NCBI GenBank assembly: GCA_045132775.1
Contig: JBGUSX010000143.1
Location: 2,565-66,564, forward strand
Origin: Eubacteriales bacterium
GTDB taxonomy: Bacteria; Bacillota; Clostridia; Oscillospirales; CAG-272
Length of the DNA: 64,000 bases
Reading direction: 5' to 3'
The position numbers and the translations under genes were made by a program. The notes beneath the pieces are model-generated. The model had not been told where the DNA came from and did not search any database. It saw only the letters and a list, made by a program, of their open reading frames with translations. This document shows, piece after piece, positions 1 to 9,090 of the stretch (its first letter is position 1; every line of letters starts with the position of its first letter).

Positions 1-18
1 GCGGAAGAGGATGTTTCC

Positions 19-1929
19 GTGGCTGTTGATGATGTCAAAACAGATGGTCCGACCGAAGAGAAAACGGTTGATTCTCACGACCTTTCTCTTTTCATGAAAT
101 TTGGATATGGTAATAACACCGATCTTGGAGTCAGTGAAAATAATATCAGAGAAGTCCTTGTTGAACAAAATAATGAATTCTCTCCTGAAAAGCACAAGAT
201 AATACACGGATTTACAGGTAAAGAATATTCATCCCGAGATCAAAAACATATTATCTCCAAAAAATTCAAAACGGATAAGGTCAGCTTGCTGGTCCTTTCC
301 ATAATTATTTCCGTTTTTGCGGTTATGATGAGTATTGGAGATATTGTTTCCTTCAATATGTCACTTGTCGATGATTACATATCGTTGATGATGGCAGAGT
401 TGATAATTCTCATTGCGGTTTCGCTGATATTACTGACAAGAATTCGCATCGGAATTTTAAGTATAATCAGATCTGAAAATAGTCCGTACTCGTGGGTATG
501 TTTTACTCACGGTGTCTATCTTATATATTTGATATGGTCGATTATTAATTACATCAGCGTCCCGGATGCATTTGATACCGGCAATCACTTTATGCTGGGG
601 GGATACGTTGTTCTGCTTACGGCTCTTACTGTTTTTGCTGAGTATTTTGACTGCTGCAGAGAGTCTGACGTGTTTGATCAGATTACCCTTGAGGATGAGT
701 ACTACGTTGCAGAAAAAGAGGTTGGCACATGTAATTCGCTTGACAGAAGTAAGAGCGACAAGACCGCAAGATATGGAGTAAAGCGAACAAGAATTGTGAG
801 CGGGTTCTTCAAAAGAACCTCTGCCAATCTTCCTTCAAAAACGAATACAGTACTGATAATGTGTATTCTTTTTGTTATTTCGGTTTTTGTAGCAATCCCT
901 GTTTCAATTATTTCAGGTAGTCTTATCGACGGATCAAATTCAGTAATGCTGATTTTACTCGCATCAATCCCCTTCTCTAGTGTTATCTTCCCCGCCTTGA
1001 TTGAATATGTAAATAGCATAAAAGTAAGGAAGATGAACGGAGCATTTGTCGGATCATCCGCGATTGAGGAATACTCGCAGGTCGAATCCCTGTCATTTGG
1101 AGATACCGACGTTTTGGAGATTCTTGCTCTGACCGAGATAAATCCCAGAAAGGATTCGGAAAATGCTCAAAAATGGTCCAATATAGCAAAAAGGATCCTT
1201 GTTATGCTGGGTGGACCCATATCGGAGTACATACGAGACGGAAGATACAATGACTCGAATGTTGAGCGGAGCTTAATTATTAATTCGATATCTGAAAACG
1301 GAATTGATATGTATTTTGATTCCTCGCTCAACGTTTTGATGGGCGATAAGTATTACATGATGTCTCACAACATTAAGGTTAAGACTGACGTGAAATTAAC
1401 CACAGCTATCAAAGGAGCAGACCGTTCAATTATCTATGTTGCATTTGATGGAGTTCCGCGTGTTGGATACATTGTTACAGGTAAGGTTAAAAAATCCTTC
1501 GTTGATACTTTGGGAAGGCTCAATTGTAATGGAATTAAGACCATTGTAAGAACGTACGAGCCCGAAATCAATGACAGCTATTTTGAAACTAATAACATTA
1601 CAACACCTTTGACGGTTAAAAAAACTGTATTGTATGAAAATTGTGCTGTGTCTGAGGCAACAGATTCGGGCGTTGTGGCAACGACCTCGGATGATCTCTG
1701 CCGCGTGATCATTTATGCCAAAAAGATACTAAACGACAGAAAAACACACAAAAAAATAAGATGGATCCAAACAATTGTGGGAGTTTCGATGGCTTTGTGC
1801 CTTATTATATTTGGCTGTCTTTTCCCGGAGATACCGCCTATAAATTTGTTGATCATTTTCTACTGTATACCGGCGGTGCTTCTTGTACCCAGTATAGTAC
1901 AGATTGTCAAAATAATAAGGAGAAAGTAA
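19..1929 (+). CDS. Polytopic membrane protein with a degenerate P-type-ATPase-like cytoplasmic domain (possibly 5'-truncated by the window edge)
   Basis: 636-aa ORF. The frame is open back to nt 1, and GTG at 19 is preceded by AAGAGGA. It has several hydrophobic segments. The segment after ..LLASIPFSSVIFPAL.. aligns by eye with P-type ATPase P/N domains, but DKTGT reads GDTDV (SLSFGDTDVLEI), TGD reads TYE, and no GDGxND is present. Confidence 0.5.
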   Translation: MAVDDVKTDGPTEEKTVDSHDLSLFMKFGYGNNTDLGVSENNIREVLVEQNNEFSPEKHKIIHGFTGKEYSSRDQKHIISKKFKTDKVSLLVLSIIISVFAVMMSIGDIVSFNMSLVDDYISLMMAELIILIAVSLILLTRIRIGILSIIRSENSPYSWVCFTHGVYLIYLIWSIINYISVPDAFDTGNHFMLGGYVVLLTALTVFAEYFDCCRESDVFDQITLEDEYYVAEKEVGTCNSLDRSKSDKTARYGVKRTRIVSGFFKRTSANLPSKTNTVLIMCILFVISVFVAIPVSIISGSLIDGSNSVMLILLASIPFSSVIFPALIEYVNSIKVRKMNGAFVGSSAIEEYSQVESLSFGDTDVLEILALTEINPRKDSENAQKWSNIAKRILVMLGGPISEYIRDGRYNDSNVERSLIINSISENGIDMYFDSSLNVLMGDKYYMMSHNIKVKTDVKLTTAIKGADRSIIYVAFDGVPRVGYIVTGKVKKSFVDTLGRLNCNGIKTIVRTYEPEINDSYFETNNITTPLTVKKTVLYENCAVSEATDSGVVATTSDDLCRVIIYAKKILNDRKTHKKIRWIQTIVGVSMALCLIIFGCLFPEIPPINLLIIFYCIPAVLLVPSIVQIVKIIRRK

Positions 1930-1955
1930 AAGTCTTATTTTATTAAGGAATAATA

Positions 1956-3812
1956 ATGAACGAAAAGCTTAATTCAATTTTAAAACAAGTTTCAAAGCCC
2001 GGGCGCTATTCGGGCGGTGAATACGGACAGATCATCAAGGACAAATCAAAAGTTAAAGCTCGCTTTGCGTTCGCTTTTCCTGATACCTACGAGATCGGAA
2101 TGTCCAATCTGGGTGTAAGGATACTCTATGAGTGCCTCAACCGTGAGGATGATATATGGTGTGAGCGTGTATATGACCCGTGGGTCGATATGCAGGAGAA
2201 GATGAAGGAAAATAATCTTCTTCTTTGGGCGCACGAAAGTAAGGACAATGTCAAGGACTTTGATTTTCTTGGCTTCACCTTACAATATGAGATGTCATAT
2301 ACCAACGTGCTTAATATGCTTGAGCTTTCAGGCATACCACTCCGCTCGAGCGAGCGCGAAGAGGAATTCCCCATCGTTGTAGGTGGCGGTCCATGTGCAT
2401 ACAATCCCGAGCCTGTTGCGGATTTCTTTGATATCTTCAACATAGGCGAGGGAGAAAGCCTGCTTGTTGAAATAGTACGCTTGTATATCACAATGAAGGA
2501 CGAAGGCAGATATACAAAAGCAGAATTTCTTCACGAAGCCGCAAGAACAATACCCGGCGTATACGTTCCCTCGCTCTATAACGTTGAATACAATGAGGAC
2601 GGAACGATCAAGGCGTATATTCCCGTGTATGATGATATTCCGACAAAGATCACAAAGCGAATCGTTGAGGATCTTGACAAGGCAATTTTCCCCGATTATG
2701 CGATAATGCCTTATACAGAGGTAGTTCATGACAGGATAATGCTTGAGGTCTTCCGTGGATGTATCAGAGGTTGCAGGTTCTGTCAGGCGGGAATGATCTA
2801 TCGCCCTGTAAGAGAAAAGTCTCCAGACGTGCTTAACGAGCAAGCCAAATGTATATTTGAGAACACGGGATACGAAGAAATATCGCTTTCTTCTCTTTCC
2901 ATAAGTGACTACACAGGACTTCGCGAGCTTACTGATAAGCTGCTTGAGTGGACGAAGGACAATATGGTAAGCTTCTCTCTTCCCTCATTGCGTGTTGACA
3001 GCTTCACAAAGGAGCTTATGGAAAAGGTTGCATCGGTAAGAGCTTCTTCGCTCACATTCGCTCCAGAGGCGGGATCGCAGAGACTCCGTGACGTTATAAA
3101 TAAAAACGTCAGAGAGGACGATCTTATGAGGGCGGTCAACGTGGCGTTTGATGCAGGTAAGACACAGGTCAAGCTCTACTTTATGCAGGGACTTCCCACT
3201 GAGACTGAAGACGATCTTGCGGCGATTCCAAAGCTTGCCAAGGATGTTATTGAAGCATTCTACGCAAATCCCAACAGAAACCGTGCAAAACAGCCGCAGG
3301 TGACGTTCAGCGTTTCGCCGTTTATCCCCAAGCCCTTTACCCCGTTCCAGTGGGAGCCTCAGGATTCTCTTGAAACGATCAAATCAAAGCAGGAGTTTAT
3401 CGGAAAGCTCGTTACCGACAGAAAGATCAAGTATCAGCATCACGATGCGGAGATATGCCGTATTGAAGCCGTGCTGGCGCGCGGTGACAGAAAGCTTTGC
3501 AACGCTCTTGAGCTTGCCTGCCGAGAAGGCTTCAAATTTGATGCCTGGAGCGAGTATTTTGACTATGATAAATGGATCTCGGTTTTTGAGAAAAGCGGTG
3601 TTGATCCCGAATTTTACGCTAATAGACGCTATTCCTTCGACGAGGTTCTCCCTTGGGATATTATCGACTGTGGAGTTGATAAGAGCTTCCTTTTGAGAGA
3701 ATGCAAAAAGGCGTACGAGGATCAGACAACGCCCAGCTGTCGCGAGCATTGCTCGGGATGCGGCGCAAATAAGCTTGGAGGTGAAAGAACGTGTTGTCCG
3801 AAAAGAAAATAA
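1956..3812 (+). CDS. B12-binding-domain radical SAM protein (TIGR03960-like, function unknown)
   Basis: 618 aa. It has a radical-SAM cysteine triad CIRGCRFCQAG, a Cys-rich C-terminus, and the typical partnership with the next gene. Confidence 0.85.
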   Translation: MNEKLNSILKQVSKPGRYSGGEYGQIIKDKSKVKARFAFAFPDTYEIGMSNLGVRILYECLNREDDIWCERVYDPWVDMQEKMKENNLLLWAHESKDNVKDFDFLGFTLQYEMSYTNVLNMLELSGIPLRSSEREEEFPIVVGGGPCAYNPEPVADFFDIFNIGEGESLLVEIVRLYITMKDEGRYTKAEFLHEAARTIPGVYVPSLYNVEYNEDGTIKAYIPVYDDIPTKITKRIVEDLDKAIFPDYAIMPYTEVVHDRIMLEVFRGCIRGCRFCQAGMIYRPVREKSPDVLNEQAKCIFENTGYEEISLSSLSISDYTGLRELTDKLLEWTKDNMVSFSLPSLRVDSFTKELMEKVASVRASSLTFAPEAGSQRLRDVINKNVREDDLMRAVNVAFDAGKTQVKLYFMQGLPTETEDDLAAIPKLAKDVIEAFYANPNRNRAKQPQVTFSVSPFIPKPFTPFQWEPQDSLETIKSKQEFIGKLVTDRKIKYQHHDAEICRIEAVLARGDRKLCNALELACREGFKFDAWSEYFDYDKWISVFEKSGVDPEFYANRRYSFDEVLPWDIIDCGVDKSFLLRECKKAYEDQTTPSCREHCSGCGANKLGGERTCCPKRK

Positions 3813-4519
3813 CCCCCGGTGAAAAAAAACTGTCACTTCCGATGCTTGAAACACCGATAACGGTCAGAATAAAATTCTGCAAGATAGGAAATCTTCAGTT
3901 CGTCTCACACCTTGACCTCCAGAGAACCTTCCACAGAGTTCTGGTCCGTGCCAATATTCCAATGTGGTACACAAAAGGCTTTAATCCTCACGCAAAGCTT
4001 GTTTTCGGACTTCCCTTGTCAGTCGGAACAGAGAGCATGTGCGAAATGGCCGACCTCAAGATAGAAAGGAAGATCTCGCTTGATGATATCAAGTCACAGC
4101 TCAATGAGCAGCTTACGGATGAGATGTACGTTCTTGATGCCTATTACCCGACTACCAGATTTGCTGATATTGCGTACGCCGACTATTTGATCACTCTCAA
4201 AGCTGACGGAATAGACGAAAACACAGCACTCAAGGCCACAAGCCTTTTCGTCAATCCGGTCATGATGATGAAAAAATCAAAATCCGGCGAAAAAGAAGTT
4301 GATATAACAAATTTTATCAAAAAAATCGAGTTTGAATCCGCGAGCGGTTGTCTCAAGGTTAAAGCAGTGCTCTCCGCGGGAAGCAGCGAAAATCTCAACC
4401 CCGAATACATAGTTACCGCGTTGCGCGCGTTTGACGTAATGAAAAACGATCTTGAAGGCGTCGCATACAGAATTATGAGAAACAAGGTGTATGACGGCTA
4501 CATGATCGAATTCAAATAG
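3791..4519 (+). CDS. Radical-SAM-associated protein (TIGR03936/DUF2344-like)
   Basis: 242 aa with the motif ..VRIKFCKIGNLQFVSHLDLQRTFHRVL.. characteristic of the family. GTG start preceded by GGAGGTGA. It overlaps the upstream radical SAM gene by 22 nt. Confidence 0.8.
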   Translation: MLSEKKITPGEKKLSLPMLETPITVRIKFCKIGNLQFVSHLDLQRTFHRVLVRANIPMWYTKGFNPHAKLVFGLPLSVGTESMCEMADLKIERKISLDDIKSQLNEQLTDEMYVLDAYYPTTRFADIAYADYLITLKADGIDENTALKATSLFVNPVMMMKKSKSGEKEVDITNFIKKIEFESASGCLKVKAVLSAGSSENLNPEYIVTALRAFDVMKNDLEGVAYRIMRNKVYDGYMIEFK

Positions 4520-4570
4520 AAAGAAAAATAAAAATATATATGCGGAAAACCGCAGATGGAGGAAATGACA

Positions 4571-4993
4571 ATGGCAATCAAAATGAGAGTTCTCTGTTAT
4601 CCCGAGAACAACAAAAAGCTTCGCACCATCGCTGAGATGATCAAGGCAGAGTACGACCTTAATGTGAATTCTGTAGACAGGATTCCCCCCGCATATTCCT
4701 GCGATAAGGAAAGACTCCTTATCTTAGCAACACAGATCAAGGGTAATCTTCCTGATGATTATCGTCTGTTCGTACGCGAGCTTACCAAGGCAAGAGCAGC
4801 TAACGTTGCAATTATTGCCGCAGGCGACGAGGCTTGCGTTGCAAAGACAAAGGAACTGCTCCACGAGGCAGGAACCAACGTTCTTGAGGAGGTTAAGACC
4901 GTTAAGGTTGGACTCTTCAATACCAAGGTGACCGACGAGGAAAAGGCTGATATTCTTGCATGGGTAAAGGCTACTGTCGAAAAGCTCGCATAA
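4571..4993 (+). CDS. Hypothetical protein (flavodoxin-like fold suspected, no FMN-phosphate loop seen)
   Basis: ATG at 4571 lies 8 nt after GGAGG. The alternating beta/alpha pattern (RVLCY..LLILATQ..VAIIAAG) resembles flavodoxin, but the T/SxTGxT loop is absent. A strong terminator follows. Confidence 0.55.
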   Translation: MAIKMRVLCYPENNKKLRTIAEMIKAEYDLNVNSVDRIPPAYSCDKERLLILATQIKGNLPDDYRLFVRELTKARAANVAIIAAGDEACVAKTKELLHEAGTNVLEEVKTVKVGLFNTKVTDEEKADILAWVKATVEKLA

Positions 4994-5010
4994 TTATCCC
5001 ATTTATAATG

Positions 5011-5040
5011 AAAACCCGCCGATTGGCGGGTTTTATGTTT
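5011..5040. terminator. Bidirectional rho-independent terminator
   Basis: AAAACCCGCC-GATT-GGCGGGTTTT, with A/T runs on both sides, sits between convergent genes. Confidence 0.9.
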
Positions 5041-5057
5041 TAATACGTTATATTAAA

Positions 5058-5639
5058 TTAAACAATTTTGGGAGAAATGAATGAAGCAGTATCAGCAGAA
5101 TATGCATCATAGTTTTCCATTATGATTGCAACTACTTCTTCGGGAGTGCGCGATGTCGTATCAACAACTATATTGAAGTTATTGTAATCATAATAATCAA
5201 CGCCGTAAATATCAACAAATCTGTCACGTTCAACGCGGCTTCTTTCAACAAGCTTTTCGCAAGCCTCTTCAACAGTTTCGTAGTGCTCTTCGGCTCCGCG
5301 CTGATTGAGCATAACTCTTTTAGCGGCCTCCATAGCATCAATTGTGAGGAAGATTTTAAAAGTATTCTTTGCAAAGTGCCAAGCCATTCTAGAGTCAAAG
5401 ATAAGCTTATCATCCTTGCGTTCTTCGGAAAGTTTTGTTACGGTGCCGTCGATCTCGTGGTCGAGCGAAGGATCATCATTCAATCTTTTATTTAGCTCAA
5501 GTGTTGATATGCCGAGTCTTCGCGCATATTCACGATTGATTGTTCCGGTGCTGAATATTTCAAATCCGTATCTTTCCTTCATAATGTTGCAAACTGTAGA
5601 TTTTCCGCTTCCGAGTCTTCCAGTAATTGAAATTAACAT
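5058..5639 (-). CDS. Cytidylate-kinase-like / AAA-family nucleotide kinase
   Basis: 193 aa with N-terminal P-loop GRLGSGKST and overall (d)CMP-kinase-family-like layout. GGAGG RBS. Confidence 0.7.
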   Translation of the reverse strand: MLISITGRLGSGKSTVCNIMKERYGFEIFSTGTINREYARRLGISTLELNKRLNDDPSLDHEIDGTVTKLSEERKDDKLIFDSRMAWHFAKNTFKIFLTIDAMEAAKRVMLNQRGAEEHYETVEEACEKLVERSRVERDRFVDIYGVDYYDYNNFNIVVDTTSRTPEEVVAIIMENYDAYSADTASFISPKIV

Positions 5640-5754
5640 TTTTTCCTCCGTCGATATTTATTTATTGTTCTTTGATTTTTTGAATATAAATTAACCGACT
5701 TTCCCTCCGTACTGTACCGTACCAAATAGAGAAGTCGGTTAAATTACATCAATC

Positions 5755-6267
5755 TTATTCCAGGTTCAAAAGAATAATGGTGAACTCCGCTCCGTCGATT
5801 AAAAGGGTATCACTCATTTTTTTGTCGCTCTTATATTTGTTGATCTGTTCCAAACTAAGATTGATTGCCGACATTTCCTTAAGGCTGACACTGTTATCTT
5901 CTTCATTAACAACCACGTTTGTAACAAATCCAAAATAATTATCCTTATTATTTGCCTTCATACCTCCGATCTGAGTTATAGTATTGTTCTTGTCAATCTT
6001 GCAAGTGAAATCAGCTACTACGGAGAGGTAATTATTGACAACATTGAGGATTGTAGGCTCGGAATGACCCTTATAGGTATAATTGGTTTCTTCAAGTACT
6101 GTAATGCCGTCAGCGCCTTTAATCTGGAAAGAAACAGTAACTTTATACAATTCTCTTTCAGGGAGATCAATATCTTCATCCTCATCCTTATTGTCGCAAG
6201 CAACAAAAATGCACGAAAGTGCCGTAATTGCCATAATTGCAGCAAGAATTCTGATCAACTTCTTCAT
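5755..6267 (-). CDS. Putative lipoprotein (DUF4430-like)
   Basis: The signal peptide ends in the lipobox-like FVAC followed by DNKDEDED. The C-terminal pattern ..QIGGM..YFGFVTN..LIDGAEFTI.. resembles DUF4430. RBS GGAGGA. Confidence 0.65.
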   Translation of the reverse strand: MKKLIRILAAIMAITALSCIFVACDNKDEDEDIDLPERELYKVTVSFQIKGADGITVLEETNYTYKGHSEPTILNVVNNYLSVVADFTCKIDKNNTITQIGGMKANNKDNYFGFVTNVVVNEEDNSVSLKEMSAINLSLEQINKYKSDKKMSDTLLIDGAEFTIILLNLE

Positions 6268-6306
6268 TTAACGTATCCTCCGGTAACGAAAATATGATTA
6301 CATATT

Positions 6307-6335
6307 ATTATACATCACATTTCCTTTTTTGTCAA
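6307..6335 (-). promoter_or_regulatory. Sigma-A-type promoter of the lipoprotein gene
   Basis: On the minus strand, TTGACA (6335-6330), a 17-nt spacer and TATAAT (6312-6307), about 40 nt upstream of the ATG. Confidence 0.7.
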
Positions 6336-6364
6336 TAGCTATTTTTACAAACATTAACAAAAAC

Positions 6365-6871
6365 TTAATTATTTAAAAAAACCGAAAGACAGACGAAAAA
6401 CAAATAAAAATTCCACACTCCGAAACAGAACATAATAAAGCTTGATGTCGTTGGACGGACCTTATGCCACGTCACAGCGCAAATAAACGTGCATATCATG
6501 CATATTGCAGACATAACTGTTGACAGAAATAACATTCTCATAATAAAAAATACATGGTACAGAATGAGGCTGAGAAAAAAACTGAAAACGAAATATATAC
6601 CTCCACGGTAGGCAAAGATTTCGTTGTTTCCGTTATTCAAACGTAGTGTTGTTTTATCAATTATTGCACCTGCAGACAGGCCTATAAGGAAAAACCACGC
6701 GTATGAAAGAAGATTGTAGACCCATAACGGAGGTAACAACCTTACTCCCTTTACGATATGCAGCATCTCCAAAGGACTGTCAAACAGGATCCTTGATATT
6801 ATACAAATAGCGAGGGATAATAAAGCGCATACAACTGAGGAGCGTCCAAATATTGAATGTGTTTCACGCAT
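6365..6871 (-). CDS. Integral membrane protein (weak TspO/MBR-like resemblance)
   Basis: 168 aa with about 5 hydrophobic helices. LPPLWVYNLLSYAWFFLIGLSAG is reminiscent of TspO. The assignment is tentative. Confidence 0.5.
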   Translation of the reverse strand: MRETHSIFGRSSVVCALLSLAICIISRILFDSPLEMLHIVKGVRLLPPLWVYNLLSYAWFFLIGLSAGAIIDKTTLRLNNGNNEIFAYRGGIYFVFSFFLSLILYHVFFIMRMLFLSTVMSAICMICTFICAVTWHKVRPTTSSFIMFCFGVWNFYLFFVCLSVFLNN

Positions 6872-6936
6872 TCTTGAAATATTCCTTTCAGAGTGATTTG
6901 ATCAACACAGTATATGAGGAAATAGGAAAGAATATT

Positions 6937-9000
6937 TCATCTACATAGTTTTCTGATATCGAACCAGCCTTCGTCGGAAACCTCGTCTCTGTCAAAGCTT
7001 TTCAAAATCAAACCGGATTCTTCATTGAAGGTCAATTTCTGTACGGTTGCCGGTACGTAAAACCGTGATTGTCGTGTGAAACGATCACTGCTTGAGTATA
7101 TATCTCCGATAATTTCATTCCAGATTACTGACGAATAATTAAAGCCGATAAAATCGAGAGATGCAGGCATTTCAAATCCCTGCCACACTCCTGCAAGCAG
7201 TGTTGGAGTATACCCGATAAAGTACTTATCAAAGGTAAATTGAGTTGTTCCCGTTTTTCCCGCTACTTCTGTAATATCTGACAACGAGATAGTCGACGAC
7301 GCTGTTCCATCTTCGATTACACCCTGTAAAAGCTTGGTCATAATAGCGGCAGATTCTTCGGAGATCACTCGTTTTTCACTCGAAACATTATCAAGGATTA
7401 TTTTTCCGTTGCAGTCTGTAACCTTATAGTAGGTCCTGGATTTTTTCATTATTCCGTCGGTGAGTATTGAATATGCTGACACAAGCTCGCGAAGTGTGAT
7501 TCCCGTGCTATGCTGACCCAAAGCAAGAGACGCATCTCCCATATCCTTTTTCATATCAAGAGAATTGATCAAGAGTTTGTTTTTTAAAAAATCAAATGAA
7601 TAGGAATTTCCTAATTGGCGCAGTGTCTTAACCGCAACCGTATTGAGTGAATTACGGATTGCGTAGTCAATATTAACCCGTCCGACGTACTGATTGTTTG
7701 CGTTTGAGGGCCAGGGGGCAGTCTTACCCTCTCCCTCTCTTATTGGCGAATCTTCTATTACCGTTGACCACTGTATCAGCCCTTTATCCAGCGCGGGTGC
7801 GTATACGGACAGAGGCTTAATTGCCGATCCCGACGGTCGTTTTGATGCAGTTGCAAAATTCAGCAGGCGATTCCCTTTCTTTTGACCGATCGAGCCTATG
7901 ACTCCTAGCACGTCAGAAGAATACGGATCAATTACGATCATTGAAGATTGTGGGTGCCTGCCATTCGAGTCTGTGGGGAAATTGTTTGTATCGGTGTAGA
8001 ATGATTCCATACTGTTTTGAACATCCGGATCTATTGCGGTATATATTTTGTAGCCACCTTGATAAAAAATATCAGATGCAGTTTTGAGCGAAACGTGATA
8101 TTTTTCCGAAAGATCTCGTATAACGTCTTCAATGACGGTATCGATATACCAGGAATATACGTTTTCTTTTTTCTCTGCCTCCGTGACATTTAAGTTCAGC
8201 TCTTCATCGATTGCCGAATAGTATTCTTCAGGAGAAATATATCCTGCATCAAGCATACATTTAAGGATAAGATTCCGCCTTTTCTTATTATCATTCGGAT
8301 GCGATATCGGATCGTATCTGGCAGGATTATTTGTTATTGCAGCTATAGTTGCAGACTCACACAAATTAAGATCACTAACTTCTTTTGAATAATAGAGCAT
8401 TGCCGCATCTGCAATTCCTCTGCATCCTCTGGCAAGATTTATGACGTTGAGATAGGTTTCAAGAATCTCCGTTTTGTCATATCTGCGTTCCAGATCCATA
8501 GCGGCGAATGCTTCGGATAATTTTCGTTTTACAAGGACATGATCGTCACCTGTAAGGTTTTTGACGAGCTGTTGCGTTATCGTTGATCCTCCGAAACACT
8601 TTTTTCCGCCCGTAAGGTAATTAAATATGGCATAGCAGCTTCTCGGATAGTCAATTCCCGAATGAGAATAGAATCGCTTGTCCTCTATGGCAACAAACGC
8701 TTTGATCAAATCATCAGGTATCTGATCAAAGGTGACGTAACCTCCGCTGAACGTGCGTTTCCCAGATACACACTCGAATTCGATTGGTGAGTTTACGATC
8801 TCTCCATCCTTGTTTCGTTCATATCGGTAAAAAGTTATTTTCCCGTCGGAACGCAAAGATCCTATCACTTCATCGCTCACATTATCTTTAGAAAAGCTGT
8901 AAAGCATAACCGCACCGATAATTATGACGATCGAAATCAAGCAGGAAAGGATTATGAAAACGATAAATGCTCTTTTAAGGTGTTTTCTCATTTTTTTCAC
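6937..9000 (-). CDS. Bifunctional class A penicillin-binding protein (PBP1A family)
   Basis: 687 aa with an N-terminal TM. Glycosyltransferase motifs EDKRFYSHSGID and GGSTITQQLVKN; transpeptidase motifs SGSAIKP (SxxK) and KTGTT. Confidence 0.9.
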   Translation of the reverse strand: MKKMRKHLKRAFIVFIILSCLISIVIIIGAVMLYSFSKDNVSDEVIGSLRSDGKITFYRYERNKDGEIVNSPIEFECVSGKRTFSGGYVTFDQIPDDLIKAFVAIEDKRFYSHSGIDYPRSCYAIFNYLTGGKKCFGGSTITQQLVKNLTGDDHVLVKRKLSEAFAAMDLERRYDKTEILETYLNVINLARGCRGIADAAMLYYSKEVSDLNLCESATIAAITNNPARYDPISHPNDNKKRRNLILKCMLDAGYISPEEYYSAIDEELNLNVTEAEKKENVYSWYIDTVIEDVIRDLSEKYHVSLKTASDIFYQGGYKIYTAIDPDVQNSMESFYTDTNNFPTDSNGRHPQSSMIVIDPYSSDVLGVIGSIGQKKGNRLLNFATASKRPSGSAIKPLSVYAPALDKGLIQWSTVIEDSPIREGEGKTAPWPSNANNQYVGRVNIDYAIRNSLNTVAVKTLRQLGNSYSFDFLKNKLLINSLDMKKDMGDASLALGQHSTGITLRELVSAYSILTDGIMKKSRTYYKVTDCNGKIILDNVSSEKRVISEESAAIMTKLLQGVIEDGTASSTISLSDITEVAGKTGTTQFTFDKYFIGYTPTLLAGVWQGFEMPASLDFIGFNYSSVIWNEIIGDIYSSSDRFTRQSRFYVPATVQKLTFNEESGLILKSFDRDEVSDEGWFDIRKLCR

Positions 9001-9010
9001 CTCTCATAAA

Positions 9011-9026
9011 ATATATATATATATAT
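9011..9026. repeat. (AT)8 dinucleotide microsatellite
   Basis: ATATATATATATATAT lies 11-26 nt upstream of the PBP1A start codon. Confidence 0.9.
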
Positions 9027-9044
9027 TATCTCTCGAAAAGCGGA

Positions 9045-9090
9045 ATAAAAAAAGAAAAAATAAGGAAGACACGCATCAGCGTGTCTTCCT
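9045..9090 (-). terminator. Rho-independent terminator of the ComEC-phosphoesterase operon
   Basis: 12-bp stem AGGAAGACACGC / GCGTGTCTTCCT (9063-9090) followed on the minus strand by a T-rich run. The phosphoesterase stop codon (9076-9078) lies in the loop. Confidence 0.8.

Noticed and set aside
5691-5742. An 11-bp inverted repeat TTAACCGACTT...AAGTCGGTTAA with a 30-nt loop lies downstream of the lipoprotein gene.
   Set aside because: It could be a terminator, but the loop is very large and there is no clear U-tract. It is not confidently assignable.
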